From an uncultured bacterium (GTDB lineage Bacteria > Methylomirabilota > Methylomirabilia > Rokubacteriales > CSP1-6): a stretch of DNA of 35,896 nucleotides. Shown in pieces: positions 1 through 8,532 of this stretch; within the stretch, counting starts at the first letter, position 1; each line of letters begins with the position of its first letter. Location of the stretch: positions 1 through 35,896 of the forward strand of contig CAYJUC010000003.1 in the NCBI GenBank assembly GCA_964372605.1, read 5' to 3'. Under the pieces are notes generated by a model, which searched no databases, was not told where the DNA came from, and saw nothing but the letters and a program-made list of their open reading frames with translations. The position numbers and the translations under genes are program-made.

Positions 1-310
1 GGTAGTCGTACCTAACCTCGCCCTGATCGGTCAGGACCCTCCGCCCCTCCAGGTCAATCGACCGGACCTCGGCTCTCCGAAAGTCCACGCGCGTCTTCCG
101 GAAGAGCGGGCGGAGTGGCCTGACCACATGGCGAGGCTCGACACCCCCCGAGGTGATCTCATGGAGCATCGGAACGAACAGGTGATAGTTCTCCTTGTCG
201 AGGAGCACGATCCTGGCCGATCGCTCTCGACGCAGCGCCCTTTCGAGATGGAGCGCCGCGTAGAGCCCGCCAAAGCCGGCCCCGAGGATGACGACCTGCC
301 TATCGGGCAT
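1..310 (-). CDS. ndh: Type II NADH dehydrogenase (NDH-2) / FAD-dependent pyridine nucleotide-disulfide oxidoreductase; N-terminal ~103 codons, continues past the window start
   Basis: Absent from the ORF track because it has no stop in the window. Hand translation of the reverse strand from ATG 310..308 gives MPDRQVVILGAGFGGLYAALHLERALRRERSARIVLLDKENYHLFVPMLHEITSGGVEPRHVVRPLRPLFRKTRVDFRRAEVRSIDLEGRRVLTDQGEVRYDY. It has the GxGxxG Rossmann motif and the HLFxPxLHE motif typical of NDH-2. An in-frame stop lies at 331..329 upstream of the ATG. Confidence 0.8.
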   Translation of the reverse strand, partial: MPDRQVVILGAGFGGLYAALHLERALRRERSARIVLLDKENYHLFVPMLHEITSGGVEPRHVVRPLRPLFRKTRVDFRRAEVRSIDLEGRRVLTDQGEVRYDY

Positions 311-469
311 CGGTGACCCAGCGCGATCTCATGGCGTAGCCGCGTCCGATCCTCTGGCGGAGCCCTCGGATACTTTGGGTAGCTGCGCTGACGAGTAACA
401 GGATCAGCTCCGACAGCGGATCGAGACGAGGATCGCTCCTTTCCTGCGTCAGACTCCGGCCATTGTTAG

Positions 470-484
470 GGCAAGGGCTATGCC
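470..484 (-). promoter_or_regulatory. Candidate sigma-54 (-24/-12) promoter directed toward ndh
   Basis: The minus strand reads TGGCAT-AGCCC-TTGC(C). The GG and GC elements have the exact spacing of the consensus TGGCACG-N4-TTGCW. It lies about 160 nt upstream of the ndh ATG and downstream of a sigma-54 activator gene. Confidence 0.45.
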
Positions 485-607
485 AAGATCCAGACCGAAC
501 GCCAGGGCTGCGCTGTAACGTATGGAGAAAGAAGAGAGGAAATGCAGAAAGCCGGACTCTGCGCGCGCAGGAGAGACTTCAATAGGAAGAGTGAGGACTA
601 GGCGTTT

Positions 608-624
608 CGTCCCCTCGAGGGACG
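608..624. promoter_or_regulatory. Inverted repeat CGTCCC-N5-GGGACG; candidate enhancer (UAS) site or terminator stem
   Basis: Six-bp arms seen directly. The repeat lies 20-36 nt beyond the response-regulator stop (644) and about 130 bp upstream of the sigma-54-like promoter. The T-run (TTTT) follows it on the plus strand only. A 12-bp perfect palindrome CTGCGCGCGCAG lies nearby at 559..570. Confidence 0.3.
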
Positions 625-643
625 TTTTGTCCCCCCGGGTGGA

Positions 644-1984
<1,341 letters not shown>

Positions 1985-2031
1985 CAGGCTCCTCGCTTCC
2001 CCTCACGGCCCATGGTTGCCATCACACACCT

Positions 2032-3735
2032 TCATCTCTCCAGGAGGAGTTTCACGGTCACTGTGGTCCCCCTGCCGATGCCTTCGCTCTTGACCTCGAT
2101 CGTCCCCCCATGCTGCTCGACGATGCTCTGGCAGATGGGGAGGCCCAACCCGGTCCCCTTGCCAACCTCTTTGGTAGTGAAGAAGGGATCGAAGACTTTC
2201 GGCAGGTTCTCCGGGGGGATGCCGCATCCGTTATCGGCAACGGAGATCTGGACGATTTCTTGGCCTCGAGAGCCTTGCCCTCGCGCCATGGTGGTGACAG
2301 CGATCCGGACCTCTCCCGCGCCTTCGATGGCGTCGAGCGCGTTGGTCAGGAGATTCAAAAGGAGCTGCTGAAGCATCTGCGCATCGGCCTTGAGCTGGAC
2401 GGGACTCGGAAGGGGCTCCATCAGGATCCGCTTGTTGGCCATAGCGGCCTGTCTGTCCACAAAGGAGACCGACTCCGAGATGAGCCTGCCGAGATCGACG
2501 AGCGTAAAGGAAGGCTCCCGCTGCCTCGCGAAGTCCAGGAGCCTCCGGACGATGGAGGCGGCGCGGTCCACCTCCCCCTGGACCATCCTGAGGAATCGTG
2601 GGAAGTCCTCGAACTCCTTGCTGGCCAGAAGCGTCTCGGCCTGAGAGCGCCGCTGGAGAGCTTCAACGAAGCCCGCGATGGTATTCAGCGGGTTATTGAG
2701 TTCATGGGCCAGCCCCGCGGCGAGCCGACCGAGGGAGGCCAGTTTTTCCTGCCTGAGCAGCAGGACCTGGGATCGCTTCAGCTCCTCGTATGAGCGGTGG
2801 AGGTCTTCGTAGAGGCTGGCGTTCTCGATGGCGATGGCGGCCTGGGCGGCCAACGTCATGGCCAGAGCCTCATCTTCTTCAGTGAACTCCTCGGCGCCCT
2901 GTTTCTCGGTGAGATAGAGATTCCCGAACACCTTGCCCTTTGACACGATGGGCACGCCGAGGAAGGACTTCATCGGCGGGTGGTTCGGGGGGAAGCCGTG
3001 GGCCCGGGGATCTGTCGTCAAGTCCTTCAGGCGGAGCGGTTTCGCCTCCTGCACGAGGACGCCCAGGATGCCTTTCCCCACCGGCAGAGGGCCGATGGCC
3101 CTCTTCGTTTTCTCGTCGATACCTGCCGTGATGAACTGGCTCAGCCCACCCTTCCCATCCAGGACCCCGAGGGCCCCGTACCGTGCGCTCACCACCTTGC
3201 AGGCCATGTTGGCGATCCGCTGAAGCACGGCCGTCAGAGAGAGCCTGGCGCTCAACACCATCCCCGTTTTCACCAGCGTCCGGAGTTGATCGATCTCGCG
3301 TTTGCTGACCGCCTCCCGCTCCTCTGCCACGGCGAGAACGGCACGGGCCAGGAAGCGGTCCGCCATCAGCGAGTAGAGATCCAGGGCCTTCGCCAGCCGC
3401 CCGGTATCGGGCTGATATTTCCTAAAGAGGGATCGCCGGTACACATCGCGGAGCACGAGGAGGCCGTCAATGATGTGCTCAGTGGTCATTCCCCTCCGCA
3501 AACCCGGCCGAGCCATGAACCGGGCCCAACCTCGAACCGCTTCGTATTTCCCGGTTTCCAAGCATTTCACGTAAGTGTCGGAGAGCGCGTGCGACTCGTC
3601 CTCGATCTCCTGCGGGGTAAGGCCCTGAAGGAGCCCGTTCGCTCTCATCTGCCGGACCCACTGCCGCCGCAACCCTTCGCGTTTTTGCAGGAAGTGGTTC
3701 GTCAGTTCTTGGCGGAATCTATCGCTTCGGGCCAT
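2032..3735 (-). CDS. Cytoplasmic GAF-domain sensor histidine kinase
   Basis: 567-aa ORF with no obvious TM segment. Central GAF-like region (YGALGVLD...HPPMKSFLGVPI...FGNLYLTEK); H-box LAHELNNPLN; HATPase N/G boxes (LLNLLTNALDAI, DNGCGI, GTGLGL). It lies 47 bp upstream of the response regulator on the same strand. Confidence 0.85.
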   Translation of the reverse strand: MARSDRFRQELTNHFLQKREGLRRQWVRQMRANGLLQGLTPQEIEDESHALSDTYVKCLETGKYEAVRGWARFMARPGLRRGMTTEHIIDGLLVLRDVYRRSLFRKYQPDTGRLAKALDLYSLMADRFLARAVLAVAEEREAVSKREIDQLRTLVKTGMVLSARLSLTAVLQRIANMACKVVSARYGALGVLDGKGGLSQFITAGIDEKTKRAIGPLPVGKGILGVLVQEAKPLRLKDLTTDPRAHGFPPNHPPMKSFLGVPIVSKGKVFGNLYLTEKQGAEEFTEEDEALAMTLAAQAAIAIENASLYEDLHRSYEELKRSQVLLLRQEKLASLGRLAAGLAHELNNPLNTIAGFVEALQRRSQAETLLASKEFEDFPRFLRMVQGEVDRAASIVRRLLDFARQREPSFTLVDLGRLISESVSFVDRQAAMANKRILMEPLPSPVQLKADAQMLQQLLLNLLTNALDAIEGAGEVRIAVTTMARGQGSRGQEIVQISVADNGCGIPPENLPKVFDPFFTTKEVGKGTGLGLPICQSIVEQHGGTIEVKSEGIGRGTTVTVKLLLER

Positions 3736-3971
3736 GTTGAGCCTTCTCTTTTAGCTACATTCTTCCGCTTGCTTCAACGAACTGTCAAGCGAGACGCCGA
3801 AGTCCATTTGGGTCGTCGCACGCTTTTCAAATGAGCCAAACCCAATCGCTAACCCGGAGCTGCGTTATGGGCCGCATGAAGCCAGCAGATCAAGGGTGAC
3901 ATGAGGGAGCAATTTATGAGACATGATTGCCGTCCAAATGGGGAAGTTGACCGCCAGGGGACGACCCGAGC

Positions 3972-4484
3972 GTGGAGCTCTCGGACGAGGTGCTCTGTCA
4001 GCGGGTGGCCGCTCGGGACGAAGCGGCCTTCAACCTCCTGGTCCAGCGCTACAGGGAGCGGGCGTACCGACTGGCCTGGTCGATCCTCCGTGATGCCGAG
4101 GAGGCGCGGGACCTCTCCCAGGAAGCGTTTATCCGGCAGCGTCGCATCCTGGAGAACTTCCGGCAGTGGAAAGGGATGACGCCGGAGGAACGGCAGGCGG
4201 CGCGCGAGAGCTTCAAACGCTTCCGGCAGTTGCCGCCCGAGGAGAAGCAACGGATCCTGGAGGACTTTCAGCGCTGGAGCGAGCTGCCTGAAGCCCGGCG
4301 GTTGGAGCTTCGGCACGCCTACGAGCGATTCCAGCGTCTGCCGCCGGAGCGACGGGAGCGGATTCTGGAGCGCTTCAAACGATTCCAGTCGCTCCCGCCG
4401 GAGGAGCGCGAGCGGATCACGCGGAACTGGGAACGCTGGCAGCAGATGGCTCCGGAAGAGCGGGCGCGGGGGCGCCACCGGTGA
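3972..4484 (+). CDS. Hypothetical protein: ECF sigma-70 region-2-like N-terminus fused to about six PEER-type (DUF3106-like) repeats
   Basis: GTG start, with an in-frame TGA at 3948..3950 upstream. Residues 1-55 (DEVLCQRVAARDEAAFNLLVQRYRERAYRLAWSILRDAEEARDLSQEAFIR) resemble ECF sigma regions 2.1-2.2. I recognise nothing resembling regions 2.3/2.4 or 4. Instead there are ~18-aa repeats of the form FxR[FW]xx[LM]PPEER. Confidence 0.6.
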   Translation: MELSDEVLCQRVAARDEAAFNLLVQRYRERAYRLAWSILRDAEEARDLSQEAFIRQRRILENFRQWKGMTPEERQAARESFKRFRQLPPEEKQRILEDFQRWSELPEARRLELRHAYERFQRLPPERRERILERFKRFQSLPPEERERITRNWERWQQMAPEERARGRHR

Positions 4485-4506
4485 TGAGCCGGAGGTTGAC
4501 CTTGGC

Positions 4507-5088
4507 TCACTCCCCGGGCGCCAGCAGCACGTCGAAACTCACCCGCGCCTGATCGCCGACAGACAGGAAGAACTTCCTGGGAGGACTGATCCCGTAGTCG
4601 GTCATTCTGAGAGTCCCCTCACCCCTCACCCATACCTGACCGTCCCGGATCTGCGCCCGTCCGGTTAGGGTGATGGGCCGGTCGACCCCGCGGATCGACA
4701 GCTCCCCTTCGACGGTAAGCTGGGTGTCCGCCCGCTCCGCCAGCGAGGGGAAAGACGCCCGGACCTCCCGGACGGTGAAGCGGATGTGGGGGTGCTTGTC
4801 CACCTCCAGAGTCGTTCGCAGGTCCCTGTCCCGCAGGTCGATCCCGGTTTTGAGAGACGCCGGGTTGACCGTCACGTTCCCCCTGATTCCAGCCGGAATA
4901 TTTTCCAAATCCGCCTGAAACTCCCCCCGCACCTCCTGCGTGCTTCCCCGGAAGTCGCCGAGGGGGAAACTCGCTTCGAACATCACCTGGCTCCTGGCCG
5001 GGACCAGCACGTAGCTCTTGGGCTCCGCCCGGACCGGCGAGGTGACGGAGAAGAGGGAGAGCAGGAGGACCATGAGCGCGCGCCGCAC
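4507..5088 (-). CDS. YceI-like periplasmic (polyisoprenoid/lipid-binding) family protein
   Basis: The ORF track extends to 5211. I prefer GTG 5088..5086, which gives the signal peptide MRRALMVLLLSLFSVTSPVRA; ATG 5073 is an alternative. The mature part (YVLVPARSQVMFEASFPLGDFRGSTQEVRGEF...KTGIDLRDRDL...) fits the YceI family. The 5211 start would overlap the divergent gene. Confidence 0.75.
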   Translation of the reverse strand: MRRALMVLLLSLFSVTSPVRAEPKSYVLVPARSQVMFEASFPLGDFRGSTQEVRGEFQADLENIPAGIRGNVTVNPASLKTGIDLRDRDLRTTLEVDKHPHIRFTVREVRASFPSLAERADTQLTVEGELSIRGVDRPITLTGRAQIRDGQVWVRGEGTLRMTDYGISPPRKFFLSVGDQARVSFDVLLAPGE

Positions 5089-5160
5089 CGTGCGGTAGGC
5101 ATACCACAGCGATCTTGGGGCGTCAACGGTCGGTCCGGCAGCTCCTTCGGGGATTTTTGA

Positions 5161-5189
5161 TTGACAGGGTGGGACGGGGGATTTATGGT
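5161..5189 (+). promoter_or_regulatory. Candidate sigma-70 promoter TTGACA-17-TATGGT upstream of the adenosyltransferase gene
   Basis: TTGACA at 5161..5166, a 17-nt spacer, then TATGGT at 5184..5189. The ATG at 5204 is only 14 nt past the -10, so the leader would be very short. Confidence 0.35.
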
Positions 5190-5203
5190 GAGTTTTGCGC
5201 GAT

Positions 5204-5776
5204 ATGGTCAAGATTTACACCAAAAAAGGCGACGAGGGCCAGACCAGTCTTCTGGGAGGACAGCGGATCTCCAAGTCCGATCTCCGCCCGGAGGCGTACG
5301 GGACCCTCGACGAAGCCTGCTCGGTTCTTGGGGTGGCTCGGGCTGCGAACCAAGACGAAGAGCTGAAGGCGGTGATCCACACCATTCAACAGGATCTCTT
5401 CCTCTTGGGGGCCGAGCTGGCCACAGCGCCCGAGGACCGGGGCCGGTTCAACTTCCGGCTCACCGCCAAGCACACCGCCCAGCTGGAGTCGCTCATCGAT
5501 GCCAGGTTATCCAAGATCGAGCTTCCGCGGGCCTTTATCATTCCCGGCTCCTCCTCCTACATTCCCTCGCTCCTGGACTGGGCCCGGGCCGTGGTCCGCC
5601 GCGGCGAGCGGAGGGTGGTGGAACTCAAGGAGGCGGGGCTTCTCGAAAACCCCGAGGTCTTGAAATACATGAACCGGCTCGCCGATCTCCTCTTCGTTCT
5701 GGCCCGGTACCAGGAGGCCGTGGAGGGGAAGGGCGCGGTTCAGTGGAAGGGCCGCCGAGAGGGGATCACTTCTTAG
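5204..5776 (+). CDS. ATP:cob(I)alamin adenosyltransferase, PduO/MMAB type
   Basis: The N-terminus MVKIYTKKGDEGQTSLLGG matches the conserved KIYTKxGDxGxT start of PduO-type adenosyltransferases. The length (~190 aa) fits. The ORF-track start at 5195 adds 3 residues. Confidence 0.85.
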   Translation: MVKIYTKKGDEGQTSLLGGQRISKSDLRPEAYGTLDEACSVLGVARAANQDEELKAVIHTIQQDLFLLGAELATAPEDRGRFNFRLTAKHTAQLESLIDARLSKIELPRAFIIPGSSSYIPSLLDWARAVVRRGERRVVELKEAGLLENPEVLKYMNRLADLLFVLARYQEAVEGKGAVQWKGRREGITS

Positions 5777-5797
5777 CCAACCCAGGGGCGAAGAGCC

Positions 5798-6538
5798 ATG
5801 GGACGAGGCGGTCGCGTCATCTGGTCCATTGTGATCCCGGCCTACGATGAGGCTCATCGGTTGCCCGCCTACCTCCAGCGGGTCCTCGCCTACTTTCAGG
5901 AGCGTGGGGAATCCTACGAGGTCCTTGTCGTCGATGACGGCAGCCGGGATGGCACAGCCGACGGCGTTCGGGAGCTGCAGCGCGCGTGGGACCAGATCAA
6001 GTTGATCGTGCTCCCGTCCAACCGGGGGAAGGGATACGCGGTCCGGGTGGGGATGGTGAACGCGGTCGGCGACTTTCGCCTGTTCGCGGACGCCGACGGG
6101 GCCACACCGATCCTGGAGCTGAACCGGTTGGAGGCGGCGCTCAAAGGAGGCGCCGACATCGTGATCGGCTCTCGAGTCCTGACCGATCCCGAGGTGTCGG
6201 TCCGGGCGCTGCCGCATCGAAAGATGGTGGGGCGACTGTTCAACTGGCTGGTGGCGGGGATCGGCCTCAAGGGGATCGCCGATTCCCAGTGCGGTTTCAA
6301 GCTCTTCCGCGCCCCGACGGCGGAGGATCTTTTTCGCTCCCTCAGGACCGACGGCTTCGGCTTCGACGTGGAGCTTCTGCTGCTGGCCCAGCGGCGCGGC
6401 TACAGGGTGACCGAGGTTCCCGTCAACTGGGCTGATCAGCCGGGCAGCAAGCTCTGGGTGATCGCCGAAGGCCCCAAAATGCTCCGCCAGATCCTCTCGG
6501 CCCGCGCCAACCTGGCCCTCGGCCGCTACGATCGATGA
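5798..6538 (+). CDS. Family 2 glycosyltransferase (polyprenyl/dolichyl-phosphate sugar synthase-like)
   Basis: WSIVIPAYDE...VLVVDDGSRDGT...FADADG are typical GT-A/GT2 nucleotide-sugar binding and DxD motifs. The protein is 246 aa and soluble. Confidence 0.85.
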   Translation: MGRGGRVIWSIVIPAYDEAHRLPAYLQRVLAYFQERGESYEVLVVDDGSRDGTADGVRELQRAWDQIKLIVLPSNRGKGYAVRVGMVNAVGDFRLFADADGATPILELNRLEAALKGGADIVIGSRVLTDPEVSVRALPHRKMVGRLFNWLVAGIGLKGIADSQCGFKLFRAPTAEDLFRSLRTDGFGFDVELLLLAQRRGYRVTEVPVNWADQPGSKLWVIAEGPKMLRQILSARANLALGRYDR

Positions 6539-7713
6539 GCGCCGCAGGCGACCACGCGGAAGACCAGCGGGTTGCGCGGCGGGCCCGGCAGATCGAGCCG
6601 TTCCTGGCCGTAGAAGTCTTCGAGAAGGCCCAGGAGCTGGAGCGGCACGGGATCGACGTGATCCACCTGGAGTTCGGCGAACCGGACTTCGAGACCCCAG
6701 CCGTAATCCGGGAAGCGGCGCTCCGGGCCATCAAGGACGGCCGCACAAAGTACACGGCCAGCCTGGGAATCCTTCCCCTCCGGGAAGCCATCGCCGAGCA
6801 CTATCAGGCTACCTACGGCGTCCGGGTCTCCCCCGAGCAGATTCTCGTGACGCCCGGGACCTCTCCCGCCCTGCTCCTCCTCTTCACCGGCCTCCTCGAT
6901 CCGGAGGATCAGGTGATCCTCTCCGATCCCCACTACGCCTGCTATCCCAACTTCGTCCGCTACGCGGAAGGGGAGCCGGTTTCTGTGAATGTCTACGAGG
7001 AGGACGAATTCCAGTACCGCCCCGAAGCGATCCGCCGGCAGCTCAGCCAGCGGGTGAAGGCGATCATGATCAACTCGCCGGCCAATCCCACCGGGACCTG
7101 CCTCTCCCACCAGCGGATGGCCGCCGTGGCGGAGCTGGGACCGTGGATCATCTCGGACGAGATTTACCACGGTCTCAGCTACGAGGGGCGGGACCACAGC
7201 ATCCTCGAGTACACGGACCGGGCCTTCGTCCTGAACGGCTTCTCCAAGGCCTTTGCCATGACCGGATGGCGGCTCGGCTATCTGATCGCCCCCAGGCCGT
7301 TCGTCCGCCCGCTCCAGAAAGCCTTTCAGAACTTCTTCATCTCGACCTGCGACTTCGTCCAGTGGGCCGGGGTGGCCGCCTTGAAAGAGGCCGGCGGAGA
7401 GGTCCTGAGGTTCAGGCGGATCTTCGACGAGCGCAGGCGGGCCACGATCGCCGGCCTGCGCGAGGCCGGCCTGGGGGTCGGCTATGAGCCCACCGGGGCC
7501 TTTTACGTTCTGGCCAACGCCAGGCGCTACACTCAAAAGTCGTTCGATTTCGCCTTCGAGATCCTGGAGAATGCCCATGTGGGAGTCACGCCGGGAATCG
7601 ACTTCGGCCTGAACGCCGAGGGGTATCTTCGCGTCTCGTACGCCAACTCGCTGGACCGGATCCTGGAAGGCGTTCGCCGGATCGGGAAGTTTCTGGGCTC
7701 GCTCGGCCGATGA
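6535..7713 (+). CDS. Class I/II pyridoxal-phosphate-dependent aminotransferase (aspartate aminotransferase-like)
   Basis: NSPANPTG and SKAFAMTGWRLGY (PLP lysine) motifs; 392 aa. The start overlaps the GT2 stop (ATGA). Confidence 0.85.
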   Translation: MSAAGDHAEDQRVARRARQIEPFLAVEVFEKAQELERHGIDVIHLEFGEPDFETPAVIREAALRAIKDGRTKYTASLGILPLREAIAEHYQATYGVRVSPEQILVTPGTSPALLLLFTGLLDPEDQVILSDPHYACYPNFVRYAEGEPVSVNVYEEDEFQYRPEAIRRQLSQRVKAIMINSPANPTGTCLSHQRMAAVAELGPWIISDEIYHGLSYEGRDHSILEYTDRAFVLNGFSKAFAMTGWRLGYLIAPRPFVRPLQKAFQNFFISTCDFVQWAGVAALKEAGGEVLRFRRIFDERRRATIAGLREAGLGVGYEPTGAFYVLANARRYTQKSFDFAFEILENAHVGVTPGIDFGLNAEGYLRVSYANSLDRILEGVRRIGKFLGSLGR

Positions 7714-7782
7714 CTGGCGTCGGGGGTATGATCTTCCGCCGCGCCACCGAGCCGGCGTCGTCTTGATCGACTCACGCCCGTC

Positions 7783-8514
7783 ATGGACGTCGCGTACATC
7801 GCCACTCACGCCAGGGAAGACCAGCGCCACTGGTGGTTCGTCGGCCGCCGGGCGGTGATCCTGAGCGTCGCCCGAGAGCTGTTCGGCCGGGGAGGGCTCC
7901 GGTTGTCGGAGATCGGTTGCGGGACCGGCTCGCTGCTGGGGGCGCTGTCCGAGTTCGGGGAGGTGACGGGAGTGGAGGGATCGCCAGATTTTCTCCGCGT
8001 GGCCCGGCGTTGCGGTCGCCCGGTTCTCTCCGGAACGCTCCCCGACGCGATCCCGCTCCCGTCCGGTTCCCTGGACGGGGTCCTGCTCCTGGACGTGCTC
8101 GAGCATATCGACGACGACCAGGCGGCGCTCCGCGCCGTCCTCCGGCTGCTCGTGCCCGGCGGTCTGCTCCTCTGCACCGTCCCAGCCTATCAAGCTCTCT
8201 GGAGCTCCCACGACGTCGTCCTCGGCCACAGGCGGCGTTACACGAGGGCGACGCTTCGCCGCGCGCTTGGCGGCGCGGGGTTTCGGGTGACCCGGCTCAC
8301 CTACTTCAACACGCTCCTCGCTCCTCCGGTGGCGGCCGCGAGGCTCTTTGGGAGACGGCGCCGCGCTCTCCGGCACGACCTGGTTTCTCCGCCGCGCTGG
8401 CTCAACAGTCTCCTGGCCCGGCTCTTCGCTCTCGAGGCGCCGCTTCTCCGGCGCGTCAATTTTCCTTTTGGTATTTCCGTGCTGGCTATCGCCCAGCGAC
8501 CCACTCCCGGCTGA
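7783..8514 (+). CDS. Class I SAM-dependent methyltransferase
   Basis: Motif I EIGCGTGSLL; LLLDVLEHIDD; HWWFVGRR near the N-terminus; 243 aa. Confidence 0.8.
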   Translation: MDVAYIATHAREDQRHWWFVGRRAVILSVARELFGRGGLRLSEIGCGTGSLLGALSEFGEVTGVEGSPDFLRVARRCGRPVLSGTLPDAIPLPSGSLDGVLLLDVLEHIDDDQAALRAVLRLLVPGGLLLCTVPAYQALWSSHDVVLGHRRRYTRATLRRALGGAGFRVTRLTYFNTLLAPPVAAARLFGRRRRALRHDLVSPPRWLNSLLARLFALEAPLLRRVNFPFGISVLAIAQRPTPG

Positions 8515-8532
8515 TCCCGGAAGCCGCCGGCC

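Noticed and set aside
3972-4484. The possibility that the sigma-like ORF is a frameshifted full-length ECF sigma pseudogene.
   Set aside because: Neither alternative plus frame downstream of ~4130 continues with sigma region 2.3/2.4 or region 4 sequence. The repeat tail is in frame, internally regular, and ends at a proper stop. It is kept as an intact but unusual CDS.
4485-4509. TGAGCC-N13-GGCTCA pairing between the convergent sigma-like and yceI-like genes, as a possible bidirectional terminator.
   Set aside because: The stem is only 6 bp with a 13-nt loop and has no U/A tracts on either side, so it is too weak to call.
5089-5203. A possible cobalamin riboswitch upstream of the cob(I)alamin adenosyltransferase gene.
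   Set aside because: The spacer is only ~115 bp, is shared with the divergent yceI-like gene, and shows no B12-box-like sequence or the extensive helices expected.
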